Below are positions 24,949-46,246 of a stretch of DNA of 64,000 nucleotides, in pieces. Origin of the DNA: Zygnema circumcarinatum SAG 698-1b (lineage: Eukaryota; Plantae; Zygnematophyceae); contig CM074809.1 in the NCBI GenBank assembly GCA_037447605.1, forward strand, positions 3,524,689 through 3,588,688, read 5' to 3'. A model generated the notes under the pieces. The model was not told the origin of the DNA. It saw only the letters and a list, made by a program, of their open reading frames with translations, and ran no database searches. The position numbers and the translations under genes were made by a program. The first letter of the stretch is position 1. Every line of letters starts with the position of its first letter.

Positions 24949-25896
24949 GTTCTCACGACATCACCGAGTTCTCCTAATAAACTCAAGGACAAGAGCCACT
25001 TTAGGAAGATCGCTGCAGAAAGTTCGGCACAGCCTTGTTCATATGCAACGGCCCATCGACCTGCCAGCATGAGTTGCAGAAACGAGGAAAGTCAGCAGGT
25101 AGAAGACGGGAACCCTAATTTTGTGAAAACTGGCAGTCGTCAATTGGATGAATGAACACATGTGGCATACGCAGCATAGGAAGCATGCAGGAAACGAAAG
25201 TCTTAGCGATTCAAAACTATTCAGAGAAATAGGGAAACGAGCATGCCGACATGTCTATCGAACTTCAACATACTCATTGACATACGCTGTCCTCTGGGTG
25301 CAACAGTCTGAGAAATAGAGACGCCCTCAGCCAGGGATACAGCTTCCTCCTTGACACAAATCGGAACTAGGCAATCTACAGATTGACAGACGAAATACCA
25401 TCCTGAGCGTTTGCAAGAGCGTCCCTCCGAAGAGGTGAATGGTGGAAGACAGCACATTCAAATGATATGGCAGAAAGTCAACCTGGATACCAGTAATATT
25501 GTAACTCATGCAGACCTAACCCATACATGCATAACCATCCATGCCCTAACTCATTCCGCCAACAGGACCAAGCGCTGTCTTCGCGCCCTAACACGCACCA
25601 ACGCAACCCTATGCACTCTTCTCCTCTCCTCTCCTCCCGCTTCTCCTCCAACGAAAACGCCAGAAGAAATCGAGCTGTATATCAAATATGCCCAATATTC
25701 ACTGCTCAATATTTCAACTAACCACCACCAAAAACACCTGCAACCCCTAGCCCTAACCCTAACCCTAAACTTAACCAAGAGCAAGAGACCTGCGACTGCT
25801 GGTGAAGGTTAAGACGAGAGACGAGGCACTATTAGGGTTCCCTCCGATCCTTTACCCTGTAACGGACTAAAGGAAGGAGGAGAGATAAGGCAGCCC

Positions 25897-25954
25897 TTTA
25901 TAGCTCTGGCTGCCAGCCCCGGGGGGGTGGGGGGAGGGGAAGGGGGGACACGTG
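25897..25954 (-). promoter_or_regulatory. Candidate TATA box and G-box upstream of BPM
   Basis: TATAAA on the - strand at 25897-25902 and GACACGTGGC with CACGTG at 25949-25954. A CT-rich leader and telo-box-like AACCCTA copies lie downstream. Confidence 0.45.
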
Positions 25955-26959
25955 GCAGCCAAAGAAGGCGCGAGAAGATGGATCAGATCGACGGTCAGGA
26001 TGCGGCGGATGCCGGGCAGGGCCCGATCCAGTTCGACTGAAGTCCGTGTGAATGGTCCCAGAAAAATGTGGTTATGTTGGGGAAGGAACGTGTGAACAGG
26101 ACTGGAAATATTCCGGAGGCGTTTCAGGCACGGCGCAGCGGACCGTTGGGCTTTCGAATTTTTTTTTTCGGTACAGTACCAAAAAAAAAAATCGCATCCG
26201 TCTACTTTGAAGTCGCTCGAAATTGAAATTTTCAGTGGAAAAGTTTTCCTGTTCGTTTTCAATGAGTCAAGAAGTATTTACGATAAAATTTTGTACATTC
26301 AGTACCGTACATTTTTTTCGGGCAGTGGTCCAGTTGCCGAGCAATGGAAATTTCATACTTTTTTTTTATTACTTTATTTTTTGTTTTTTTATGAAACTTT
26401 TTTTTTCCAGGAAAGAAAGTAAAACGGTACGGTCTGCTGAAAACGTTTTCGAAACCATACGCCAAAAACCTGTAGTTGAAATTCATGTCAAACTGAACAG
26501 GATGAAATCCACATGTGCACGGAACGCGGGTCCTGTCTAGCATGTACACCGTTTGCAGTCTTGTATTAGTTAAGATTAACTGTAACAGCGTACATAGATC
26601 GTCACCGGGTCCAGACGGGACCGCGCTTTTAGCATTTCCAAATTTGCACGGGAGAATCAGGGCGCTGGCGACGACCGAGTCTGAACGTGCCGTATTCAAA
26701 ATCAGTACATGCATTGTTGAATACAGTACTGCAAATGGAGCTTAGCGTTTACTGACTTGAAAAGAGTCGCGAAGCGCAATGTCGTTGCAAGAGCTTATGG
26801 AGAGCAGAGAGGGGCGAGGCGGAGAGGGTGGATGGGAGTTGGAATAGGGAGAGGGCGGGAGTGGGGGTAGTGAGAGAGAGGGAGAGGGAGGGAGAGGGAG
26901 AGGGAGAGGGAAAGGAAGAGGGAGAGGGGAGGGAAGAGGGAGAGGGGAGGGAGAGGGAG

Positions 26960-26969
26960 NNNNNNNNNN
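26960..26969. other. 10-N gap within a GA-rich microsatellite
   Basis: Run of N. Confidence 1.
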
Positions 26970-27224
26970 AGAGGGAGAGGGAGAGAGAGAGGGAGAGGGA
27001 GCGGGAGCGGGATAGGGAGAGGGAGAGGGAGGGGGCTGAAGACGAAAGAAAGGGGGACAGAGCAAGAGGCGAGAGAGACGACAGGGAAGGAAAAGCGCTA
27101 GTAAGAGAAGGAGATCGGCGTATCTGAGAGCTATAGAGGGAGCGCTGGAGTGGGGCCGGAAACAAGGAGGATTGGAAGGTAGAGGGAAAATAGGGGGAGG
27201 GAGAGAGGAGGGAGAGAGGGCAAA

Positions 27225-30200
27225 ATGGGAGCGGCGGAATCAACGAGTGTTCTTCAGAACCATCAGGAACTCCTTACCACCTTTGTCGGCACCTCGTCTG
27301 TTCCTCTCAATAGCTCCTTTTGGGATGACCTTTTGGCATTTCCGTTCCCTCTCTCCAAACTGCGGCCGACTGATCTTGACGAGGCGACCAAGGAGCTCTG
27401 CACCACTCTTCGTGAGTTGGCAGAACTTACGCTGAAATTTAGGGTTGCAGGGTTTGACGAAAGCTCGGCAATGAGAGGAGTGGTCGAACAAGCGAACAGG
27501 TGGCGGTACGCTGTTCGCTTGTAGGATCGCAAATTTTGAAAGAGGGAAGGCTAGATTTCGATGGTAGTGGGGCACTTAATTCCAGCGTATTGAATTTTGG
27601 AACGGTATATCTTCGTATGATGATAGGATCATGCAAGCAATCACATAGAATGATGCGTTGGCAGGGTCGTATTCAAGTTGAAGGAATTGCGTTTTGTCAG
27701 CTTTGAGGTATTGCATTGCTTTACGACCCTCCCCTTTACGCAGACAGAGAAGTGTCTAGTCTGCACAAGCTTTTAGACTCTAATGCCAGGATCGAACGTG
27801 CTTCGTTTCTGCCTCTGCAGTCCTAAATAATCACAAAACTGGACACTTTCCGAAACTCCTCCTCCATCTGATCAGGAGCCTCAAAGACCTTCCTCCCGCG
27901 GTTCAGAAGCTGCCCCTCAAGGCCATAAATGCAGTGTACTTTACGCGGTTGTTTGTTAAGCACATGGTGGAATTTTATGAAAGCAAGGAACTCAGAGGCT
28001 TCTTGCCATTGTCTCTTTCAAAAGAAGAAATTGCTGCAGCTTCTTTTCAACCAGGTGCTTGACGGCTCTCTCGCGCTCTCTCTCACTCTCTCTCTCTCTC
28101 TCTCTCTTTCTCTCCCTCTCTCTCTCTGTTCTTGCCTTCAGCATTTTTACTCCTACACAGCTTCAATAACTATCATCTACTAGGTTGAAGGTGTTGAGAT
28201 GTGAAGGGTCAGGGCTCGTGCCTGGCTTGTCGGATGCAGGGGAGGAGGACGTGCTTGTTGCAACAATAAGAACATTATTGTCTTTTATTGGCAGTTTCGA
28301 TGTAAAGTAAGTGCGAGTAAAGCCTCTTGGAGCTATCCTGGAACGAAATTTAGACCTCTTTATTTTCATGAAACAAGTGTCCTCGTTGAAGCAGTCTTGT
28401 TGAGTCTTCCAAGATGCGTAGTTGTGAGGAGTTGATTTCTACGAGTTTCTTCTCATTAGACTTCATTGGTCCTGGCAGTCCATACACCTATTTGCTGCAC
28501 CTGGAGGTGATCAGTCTGTTGCTGGCCATGGCTGCCACACAACTTCATTGCCGGCCGGGAGCAGCAGCAGCAGAGAGCCACATATTCCTCGATACTGTCA
28601 TTGCTCAGGTTAGTTCAGAAGTTGGAACTTTCCTTTCCAAACCAAGACCTCTGCAATATGATCTCGTGTGTGGATTTCCAGTTTTTTATGTGATTTTGGA
28701 GCATGTTTTCATGAGCTGCAGGAAGACTTGGCAGCTCCAGTCATCCGCAAGCTGCTTGTCGCCTACATGGCGCGCCTGCCCATGCCTGCTCGATCTCCCT
28801 TCCATGTGTCCTCTGTGAGTGGAGATCAGGGAGTCCTGCGCAAGGTCGGATCAGCTGCTGGTACACCTGCAAGCGTCTTCCCCTCAGGCCTCCACTCCTG
28901 TCTGTGTATTGACATTATTAAAATTTTAAAACGTCAATACATTCATCGCCAGTATAAAGAGTTTTGTTGTCCGGGAAGCGCTCGACTTTTGACTTAGCAA
29001 GCTCCGCTTTGGTTCTTTTTGCAGCTGCGGTACTCCTGCTTCCTTACTATACGTACACCTACTTGGTGAACAGTGGGGGCCCTGGAGGCATGAAGAGCCC
29101 CCTGGCGGACAGCAGCTTGCTATTTCTGTTGCTGCTTGTTCACTATGGGAAGGTGCTGCCTGTAGACGTAAGTAGTCATGGTAATGGAGATGGGAATGGA
29201 GAAGCAGCAGCCGCTGAGCCAAGTCGGCCTTCATATCAAGCTAATCCTTTCCGAGCAGCTCTGCAGACAGCTCGGGACACGGATTGTGAGTACATTAAGC
29301 TGCCTTGGATGTGACTTTCAAGATATGGAATTGTTGTGGGATCGAATAATTGCGCCTGAGGAAAGCCCGTTTTCGAGTCATTGCCCTTCAATACAAGCAA
29401 TTCCCGAACTGTAGATTTCGCCTTCTGGATTTATGGCTAGTTCCACAAAAGCTGGGAAAATGAGGATGAGGTGGATTGAGCCAAAGCTGGGCCTCGAGAA
29501 GAGAATTTTTTTTTTTTTAGCTTCCTTGTCTATCTGTTAAGAACGGTTGGCTCTCTCTCCATGTGTTGTCTCCAATGGCCCTTCACATCTGCTTCTAACG
29601 TGTGCATAGTGAACGGCTGTCTATGTTGACAGTTGCAGTTGTACGGCCACATGACCGCACGGAGCTAGTGGTTTACGTGCCCTTTGCTACCCTCTACGAT
29701 ACCCTCGGGGCGTAAGAATTCCCCTTGAAAGCAAGTCGGCATGCTTTGGACCATATTGTTATAATAGCCTGCTCCTTATTGACCACACTCAAGTAGCTTA
29801 TGTTTCGACTCTAATTACAATGGATGCTGTTCACTAGTGGCTCCATTTTTCATGTCTAAATGCGCATAAATTGGAGAAAGAAAGCATTAACGTTAGGCAT
29901 GTTTTGTTTCAAAACGATGAAGGGATTTGTTGGACCACAAGTTGGCTCATTTATTTTTTAGAGTTATCAGTACGTGTTCGCATTTAGAGGTTGGAGAAGT
30001 GACTATGGTCTTAACGCGTGGATGGTGCAGATGTCTTGTTGATGATCGATCCACATTGCTTCTCTACTCCCTGGTGCATGGGAATCCGGCATTTCTGGAG
30101 TACCTTCTTGTTCGAGCTGACCTCGATACTCTGGTAAGCGTGAATGCATTCATCCTCTCATTTGGCAGAAGGAATTTCTCGCGGAGGTTTTACCTAGTCA

Positions 30201-33155
30201 ATGCTGACATATCTATGGTACAAATGGCATCCACATGAGGTAACCTGGGAAGGTTAATTTTGAAAGGAATGAACAGTATTGGATTTCCAGGGAATGTAAA
30301 GGTCGCGCAAGCTATTAGGATAGACCTCAACCCTAGAAGCCACATTAGTTCACGTCAACTGATCAAGTTTCTCCAATTGATTAAGTTCTAACATTCTCGC
30401 TTGATCTCAACTCAGTCAGGTCCTTCAGAACGTCAATCCCTTGGCAGAAGCATCAAAGCAATTAGTTAGAGGCTCCTTTCCCCTCCATCCCCCTCTCCCT
30501 CTTCCCCCCTCCCTCCACTTCCCTCACCCTCTCCCCATCCCCCTCGCCTCTCCCTCTCTCTCGCTAGAGAAGTCCCTCTTTTGCAATGTTTTTACGCAAC
30601 GTCTCCTTTTCATTGTAAAGTCTTATGTTTGCTCTTCTGAACTGTGTGCGCAGTTGATGCCTCTTTTGGAGATGCTTTACAACGCTGCCCGCCGTACCCC
30701 AAATCAAATCTACATGCTTCTCATTATTCTTCTCATTCTTAGTCAAGACGCCTCCTTCAATGCCAATGTGCATAAGCTTGTAAGGCTCTCTTCAATCAAC
30801 TCTAAACCGTTTGTTGATTACTTGTGTTCGGTAGATGCAGCTGCAGAATCTGCTTCATGCTGCAGGCACCGCTGACGGGAAAGTGATAATGTGCTCTTGT
30901 GAGAAAGGAATGTGCTGTTTTTAAAAACTTGTAATGCCTATCTCCCCAGATCCTTCCGGGTGTTCCGTGGTATAAGGAGCGACTGCTACCAAGAATCTCC
31001 CTCGGCTCTCTCATGATGGTCATGCTCATCCGTACTGTCAAGTACAACCTCTCTAAGCTACGAGTGCGTACTTTTGGCAGCCCAAAGCCACTTTTTTTTT
31101 CATGCGTTATTTGTTTGTGTTTCTGGAAGCATATATTAGACGAATATCCTGGGTAGCTTGAGCAAGCGTTTTTGCGGCTAGGTGGGGATAGTGAATGGAG
31201 ATAGTGAATGAATGATAAGGTTTAACATAGTTGTCTCTCTCATTCCCCTCATTCCCTCACTGTTTGCAGGATGTTTATCTTCATACCAACTGTTTAGCGA
31301 CTTTAGCAAACATGGCTCCTCATGCCCACCAGCTGAATGCATATGCTTCACAGCGACTCATCAGCCTCTTTCAAATGCTCGCAAGAAAGTAAACTCCTCT
31401 CCGTCTCTCCTCTCCTGTAGAGTTCAGACATCTTGAACCGTGACGGCCTCACTTCAACTATTGACACCCTTCATACATTCCTAGAACGTTTTGAAAATTA
31501 CAGCTCTAAATCCTTCTGAGTTTTGTCGGACAAAAATGAAGAGCGGTTGTGAATGTGGCTGATAGATATTTAGATGAATTGTGATCCTCCATTTGGTTTG
31601 CTTTCATGAGTCTCTAGCAATGTTCTCTCATTTCTTTATCTGTACTACTCCAAACATCGTTGTTCAGTAAGGCTATAAAGCAAGTGTAATGATGGTGATA
31701 GGGGTTGTTGGAGTTATCTCGGGCAGATATACTCGTCTTGCAGAGACCGGCACTGGGGGGAAATCAGCAGCCTTGGGAGATGAGACCGATGTGGAGGCCA
31801 CAGACGACGTGGTATGAGCTTCATGCCTCTCTCACCCTTTGGAAATTCAGCCTCTTCATTATGTGCAGGATGTCAGAGGAAAGTGTACACTTTGAATTTG
31901 TAAGTTGTTCAGGGTTTCAGGGGCCTGGGAAAAGGGCCCTTTTGTTGGAAAAGAAGAAATGCTTGCTGGAGGCGACGAGCTGTTTGGGATAGCCGATAGG
32001 TGATTCACAACAGACTGAGTAAAGTTTGTATTGAAGATCATCCAAGGTACTTAAGTAGGCTCTTGAGGTTGCCCATTTTTGCAGCCTACGGAGCTCCATA
32101 TCTATACAGATTTTCTGCGAATAGTGCTCGAAATCATCAACGCTGTGTTGACGTATGCACTACCTCGCAATCCAGAGGTATATCTCTCGACTTCTCTCTC
32201 TTTTCCTCCCTCTTCCGTCTCTCTCTCCCCATCTTCCCTCTCTGTAGTCCTCTCCCTGCAAGATTCGTGGCTGCCTTTGCTCCATTCTAAATCTGTTTTT
32301 ACGGTTGGCTTCCAAGGGAGGGGAGTGAGGAGAGAAAAGAGCTTAGGGCGATCAGGTCCTACGGTTTTTTCTGGAAGAGAAAGGCTGACTGTGGAATGGG
32401 CTTTGAACATGGGCAGGTTGTATATGCCTTGTTACATAGGCAAGAAATATTTGCTCCCTTCAGAAATCACCCACGATTCTTCGAGCTTCTGGAAAACATT
32501 TTTGCGGTAACAAAACATTTTTTGCTTTGAACTGCTGCTGTCTTTCCTGTCTCTCTTTTGTATTGGGCTGTATTTCGAGTGTATGTGAAATGTTCAAAAA
32601 GTCCGCCTTTATTCTTTTGTGCTCTTATCCTCCATCTGTCTGATCCGTCCCTCATGCAAGTGCAGGTGATCGATTTCTTCAACACGAGAATGGAAGATCA
32701 AAGCCAAGGGGGAGACTGGTCGGTGGAGAAAGTGTTGCAGGTTGTAGTAGCGAACGCGAGAGCTTGGAGAGGAGACGGAATGAAGGTATGGTCTTGGTGT
32801 GCTTTCATCATCACTTTCAGCATCTCTGTACAGTCAACATCATCATTACCATCATTCTGTCTCTATGGAAGAGGGCTCTCTCATCTTGAAGGAAGCCCTT
32901 GTGGCCCTTGTGGTCCCTCAGATGTTCACTGAGCTGCGGTTCACTTACGAAGAGGAGCTCCATCCGGAGGAGTTCTTCATCCCATACGTGTGGACGCTGG
33001 TTGTCACGCACAGTGGAATTCCGTGGAACGGAGACTCCATTTCCTTGTTCCCTACAAAACCTGTGGCAGAGGTGAGCTCTGACACAAGGCTCGGGATCGC
33101 CGGTGATGCTGACTGGTGTGCCGACATTCAGCTAAATCATGACATGGGCCGTTGA
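27225..33155 (+). CDS. DYM: Dymeclin (Golgi-associated protein)
   Basis: About 16 exons read by eye. N-terminus MGAAES is myristoylation-like. Motifs: [99 protein letters not shown]; stop at 33155. Confidence 0.95.
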
Positions 33156-33418
33156 GGGTCTCTCAGGATTTTGGGAATTTGCTGAAGTATTGTTTTCTCT
33201 GTGTTTTATGGGCAGCTGGATGAAGTGTATGACCACGACGCCTTTGACACGAGTTCTGAGCACACGCCGACCCCCCGGGAAGCAGTTTAGGCCCTTTGTA
33301 TCAATGTACTCCAATGTAATTTTTTTTCGTTTAGAAAAAGGCCACGGGCCATATCACTGACAGTGTGCCTCCCTTCTGCCTCTCCCCAAAAATGCTCCCT
33401 CTATCTCCCTTACTCTCT

Positions 33419-33532
<114 letters not shown>

Positions 33533-34418
33533 CTATCCTCTGTCATGGTTTCCTACTCCCCTTTTGCCTCTGTTCTGTCTCTCTCCTTACTCTCTCACAC
33601 TAAACCTCAAACCCTTTTCATCTTCCCTTTTCCTTCCCTCCCATCTTTCCCATTCACTCTCTCTACCGCTCCCTCCATCGTAGTCACTGGGGCTGTCTCT
33701 TCACATAAGTGGCCGCGACACACAATCTGACTATGGACCATCGAACCAATGACAACTTCATTGGTAATGCGAGTAGTCATCTTCCGAGCTAACCTATAAC
33801 CAATGAACGTTGTGACTAACTCTTTCTCGACAGTTCCAACCTGTTCGATGTATGGGGGAAATGCCATAACGAGGTTTGAATGGAGCAGAGTAAAGCTTGT
33901 CCTAGTGAAAACCCCTTTTCTTTCCCAACCTTTTCTATTCATTGCATAGGTGATAGCAGTCGAACAGAAAAAGGGCACTTATAAAGAGAGTCAATCTTAA
34001 TGCTTGCGAGTGAACAAACGAGAGAGAGAGAGAGAGAGGGAAATGAGCTTCTTTGGTTGAAACCAAAGCCATGTACAACGAAGTGCGGAACACAAACTTG
34101 CGTTCATGTGGTAGCAGAGGCGTTGAAACGTTTTATTATGGCAGATGAAAGAACTGCCTAAAAGCTCTTACTTCCTGCGACTTAACCACCAGTACCCACG
34201 ACGAGAGCAAGGAACAATGGCCTAAAAAACAAACACTTGGACTCCAATCTACAGGGTCGCTAAAAAAAACAGCAATGCATAGGGGCTCCTCAACGCTGAA
34301 AAAAGGACACCTGCCCGAAGCTAAGTCTGTACAGCAAAAGTAAGTAGCACACAAAAAAAAATGCCCTAATGGTTTCCTGGCAAACAAAAACAGGATATAT
34401 AAAGCAGACCCCAATCGC

Positions 34419-36503
34419 TTACTCGAGCTTGAATTCGGCTTTCAAGAAGTCGAATACGAAATAGCCGAGCGCAGCAGAAGGTAACACCTGCCAGGGGAGA
34501 GAGGGACGGCCCATTGAGGTGCATCGAAGGTTGCCAAGCCCAAGAGTTCGAAAACGCTCCCGTAGGGAGAAAAAAGAGAGAGCGAGAGAGAGAGAGAGAG
34601 ACTGTAAAGGTTTCACCGTTGGTGTTCGCATTTCCCCTTCTATTACTTGGTTTTGTCACACAGGAAAAAATGGGGGGAGAGAAGGGGAGAGAGTGTGGGG
34701 GAAGAGAAGGACGGCCCATTGAGGTGCATCCAAGGTTGCCAAGCCCAAGAGTTCGAAACGCTCCCGTAGGGAGAAAAAAGAGAGAGCGAGAGAGAGAGAG
34801 AGAGACTGTAAAGGTTTCACCGTTGGTGTTCGCATTTCCCCTTCTATTACTTGGTTTTGTCACACAGGAAAAAATGGCAGAACCTTTGAGGCTGTAAGCC
34901 AATGGATGAATCAACTCCCTAATGCAGTGCGCAAACCAGAAATAAGACCTAAGTTATCACAACGAGAAGATGCGAAAAGCATTTCGCTTACCTGCAAGAG
35001 ACTTGGAAGCAGTCCTGCATACAGCGCTCCGGGTCCTCCTTTTTTCACAATTGTTACCACTGCTGCTACAGCTCCTGCCCGTTTCGGCCCGCTCTGCAGC
35101 TGCAAATGCCTCCTCACAACCTCAAAAGGATAGATAGCGGCCTCTGTAGTGGCCCCTGCAATCGCACCATACACGAGTGTTCGCACAGGACCCAGTTCCT
35201 TCCGACGAACATTCTCCTGCGAATCCACACTGTCTGAACTACTAAGACCACCCTTCTCCCCTTCCCCACATCTTCGCTGAACCGGAGCTCCTTCTTGCGA
35301 CTTAAGAAAACGTGAACGAAGAATGTCATAAGTGCCATAAAAAACGGCTCCTCCGGGAGCCATGGATACGACAGCGGGTAGCAAGCCGCGGTACAACGCT
35401 CCAATACCCTCTCGGTGTACAAGCTGTGAGCAGCATGTGATAATGTTTAATTGCACAGCTCCGCCATTGGCAATCATCCTCGTACGAAGCTGCAATAAAC
35501 ATCCGCTTCTTCTCTTGTGTAAGAGCATTGTTATATGAGAACCCCAATGAGCTTCTCTCCAGTCACCGCAATCCTCTACGTGTGGACGCTTCACAAGAAA
35601 TTCTTTTCCAGGGAATGTTGAACAATATCGTGGAAAGACCCGCTCACCGTGTCCAGAGGGTAGCAGAGCACGGTTGCAGTGACTCCAGCTGCAGATCCTG
35701 CGAGAAGTCTCTCCATGTTACTGATGTCTGCATCGCCTCGAAACTTCTTAAAGACGCCGCGGTAAGTGTCAAAAGCGAAGAAATTCAACGCTTTGAAAGG
35801 CGCTGTGCGAATTAGGTTAACTCCATTCCCTTGCCAGAATCCTGCAGGGCCCTCCGTCCGCAGGATTCGCCCCACAGTGGGCACCACTCCCGTCCGAGCT
35901 CCTCTCACCATGTACTCGAGCTTCAGCCGCTCCAGCGGTGCCACAGCTGTCCTGCGACGCCACCATCAATGTCAGCTCAGGAATCGTCTGCGAACAGTGC
36001 ACCTCTAACTCACGCACTCGCCCCCTTCCCCTCGCTCCCCTTCCCCCTTTCCCCTCCCCCCTCCCCCTTCTCCCCTCTCCCCTCTCCCCTCCCCCTCCCC
36101 CTTCTCCCCTCTCCCCTCCCCACTCCCCCCTTCCCCTTACTCCCCTCTTCTCCTATTCCCATCTCCTTCCTTCTCTTCTCTCTCGTCCCCCTCTCGCACT
36201 CCGCTGCAAGACAAAAAGCAGCAGCAGCAGCATGCTTGTGCCTAACCTTGAAACCATGGCTGCCACCGCCCCTGCAAGAAGATGTTTGCCCGTATTCAGC
36301 AGCCGTTTCGACGTTTCCTGGAGACTGAGCTTCCCCCTTTGGGACTTAGAGATCTTCCCCGGCTCAGAGGTCTGCTGGAGTCCTGAACTCCTGACCTGAG
36401 CTTCATCTTCCTGAAGGAGGGCGCCCCGAAAGAGGCGGAAGTTCTGAAGGGAGTTCAGGTCGGATGTGAAGAGGGACTGCACCAGAGAAGCTGCTGCAGC
36501 CAT
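34419..36503 (-). CDS. Mitochondrial carrier family protein, BT1-like adenine nucleotide transporter (BTL2/3 type)
   Basis: Exons ~36503-36247, 35951-35648, 35489-34992 and 34487-34419. It has three Px[D/E]xx[K/R] signatures (APLERLKLE, YPLDTLRTR, YPFEVVRRH), plus KHLLAGAVAAMVSR and GNGVNLIRTAPFKALNF. The start codon is uncertain and could lie further upstream. Confidence 0.92.
34504..34877. repeat. Direct tandem duplication (~170 bp x2) in the last intron of the carrier gene
   Basis: 34504-34673 and 34709-34877 are nearly identical, from GGACGGCCCATTGAGGTGCAT to CAGGAAAAAATGG. Confidence 0.9.
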
Positions 36504-37832
36504 GGGGTGCAGACAATCTGCAACACGCTGACTGTGATGGGACTTGTGATGAAAAAAGTGTTCCTTCCGCCATGGCTGCTGGATGTGCAGCTGCAGGCTC
36601 AGCGATGTTCTGCGCACATCCTCCATGTGATAAACTATTCTTAACAAAAACTATCTCTGTGATCTGATGGCAGCATCATTCGGGACTCTGCAAGTAAGTC
36701 AAGGGTAGGTCAAGGCCCGGCATGAACTCGAGCAGATTAGACCGCACTGGGAGTGTGTGTCAGCGTGGAGAAAACGTAGAACTAGACGGTATTAAGCCTT
36801 CACTTTCAACAAAGAGGCGCTTTGAATCCATCCAAGGCGGCCCTTCTCAGCGGCGGGAGAGGGGGGGGTCCAGCACCGGCCATGGCTGCCGCCTTTGCAG
36901 TTGCAGGTGGTCGTATTAGGGCAGGACAAGAAACCGAGGTCTACTTCCTTTTGATCCGGTTCATCAACATCGCCACGTGCCCTTAATATGCAAAATGTTG
37001 ATCCAGATCTACTGCTCAGAGATAGGAGATCTACAGGTGGAATTTTAGTGGATCCTCGATGTACGGACAAGCTCGCTGAGAGACGCTTGGCGATTTTTGA
37101 TACTTTTTGGACTTTTTTTCATGGGATTTTTGGCCATGGCTAATAGTGGCACCTGACTCAAACTGTACAGTTTAGTCACAGTCACTGACTGAAATTTCCC
37201 TTCAGGAATTAGTCAAGGGCTGAAAGTCTGTCCCGCCCTTAGTCATGGGCATGGTTAGTCAAATATTAGTCCCTCTGTGCTTTTCTTGGAAGGCCGATGC
37301 TTTGATGAGAGAGATCAATGCCAGTTCACTCTTTTCATGAAAGAAAAAAAAAAGGGGATTTCACTCTTAATATTTTAAAACGTATGTGAAGAAGCAAGGG
37401 AGAATTTTCCACATGTCGCCCTAAGCGGCCCTGAACCCTGAGGCAACCCTAAGCCCTACAAACAAACCCTAAAAAGCCTCGCCTTGAGCAGTAGCTCAAC
37501 CTTGAGTCACTAGCAAGAGCGGAAAGAGAGTCATTTTACCCTACAAAGAACAAATCCTAAAATTGAAGCCTTCTCTCTCAGCCACGCAGTGGAGTAGAGT
37601 GACTTGGAGTTATAGAACCGTGAAGAGCTTCTGAAACCTATGAAGTGTATTCTTTTTCCCTGGGGTGTTGTTATCATTCACAAGAAGTAGTGAATCGAAG
37701 AATTCGAGAAATTATATCAACAAAATGATGACATGCTTTTCGATGCTTCTGGTGGAGCCCCATACGAGGTACATAGAACACGCAGTTGGTCGGACTATCA
37801 GTTTACTTCTGTTTGACTACATAGATCAGCCG

Positions 37833-45017
<7,185 letters not shown>

Positions 45018-46070
45018 TCTCCCTCTCTCTTCTCCTCCTCTTTTCTCCTTCCTTTCCTAGTGTCACCCTCTCGCACCCTCGACTGCCTCTCCCTCCCTAC
45101 TCTCCTCCGACGTCTTGCTATCTCCCTACTCCTCCCACTCCCCCTCCTTCTCCCTCTCCTTCTCCCTCTCCTTTCCCTTCTCCACTCCCTCTCCTTCTCC
45201 CGTCCTCCCTCCCTCTCTCTCTCTCACTCTCCGTCTCCTTCTCCGTCTCCCTCTCCCTCTCCTCCCTCTCTCTCTCCTCCCTCGGGCCCTCTCCGCCCTT
45301 TGGCCTCGTCCGTCCAGCGCCTGCAGCAGCGCCTGCAGCGTCCGGGTCAGGGTCAGGGCCACCTGCCTGTCAATTCAAAGCTCGCCCACCTCCCACTCGA
45401 CCGTTGCGCCCGCACTTGGCGCCGGACAGCTCCACCCGCCGCCAGGCCGCCAGGCCTGCACTGCACGCCATGGAACGCGAAGATTCGTACGAATCTGAGA
45501 CAATCCTTAAAGATTTAGATAAGAACTCAAAGATTGAAATATTGCATTTGGATGCAAAGAATCCAACTCACCACCAATTAAAGAAGGCCATTTATGCGGA
45601 TCTGATTTGAATGACGTGTGCAAGAATCCTTGGAGGTAGTCATCGCATCATTGTCCGAATCTTGAAGTACAAGCAGCGAATCTATTGCGCATGGGCGGCA
45701 CTTGGGATTCGTCCTTTCACCCGGCTTTCACACGTTCGCGGAAGGATCGGATCTGCGATTCGCAACTGACACGCCTCGAGCGGGCGCCGACCGCCTGCCA
45801 GTCGGCTCCTGGTCTTCCAATAAGAATTCACCACGTGTACACCACTGCCTACGGCGAGGCCCCGACTGGAGGCTGTCTACGCGAGGCCGTACGTACGGTC
45901 ACCGCGGTTCAAATTTTCGGCCGTTCGTTCGTTCGTTCGTGCAGAAGCGCGTTCCTTGCGTTTTGGGCTGGGCGGGGGCGCTAGACGACAGGTGGACCGC
46001 CCCATGTAGCGCTAGGCTAGTTTAGCGTGGTCTCACGGGGACGCGCGTTCCGTTGCGCGTTGTCAATCAA

Positions 46071-46246
46071 CCATTGGCGAACCATTGGCCAACCATTGGA
46101 CGCCAATGGCTGGTCGTCCAATGGTTCGCAAGCAAACGGGTAAGGGTGGCCAGCAAAGGGTGCTGCCTTCGCCGACCGGCAAAAATCACTTGCCGGCCGG
46201 CAGGAGCCACTTGCTGGTCGGCAGGAGTCACTTGCCGGCCGGCAAA
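46071..46246. promoter_or_regulatory. Candidate bidirectional promoter: CCAAT-box cluster and three 21 bp repeats
   Basis: CCATTGG at 46071, 46082 and 46093, and CCAATGG at 46103 and 46118. CACTTGC(C/T)GG(C/T)CGGCA starts at 46187, 46208 and 46229. It lies between divergent ATGs at 45017 (-) and 46415 (+). Confidence 0.5.

Noticed and set aside
33607-33978. 123-aa - strand ORF between dymeclin and the carrier gene
   Set aside because: No recognisable motif or splice support; it runs into a CT/GA tract.
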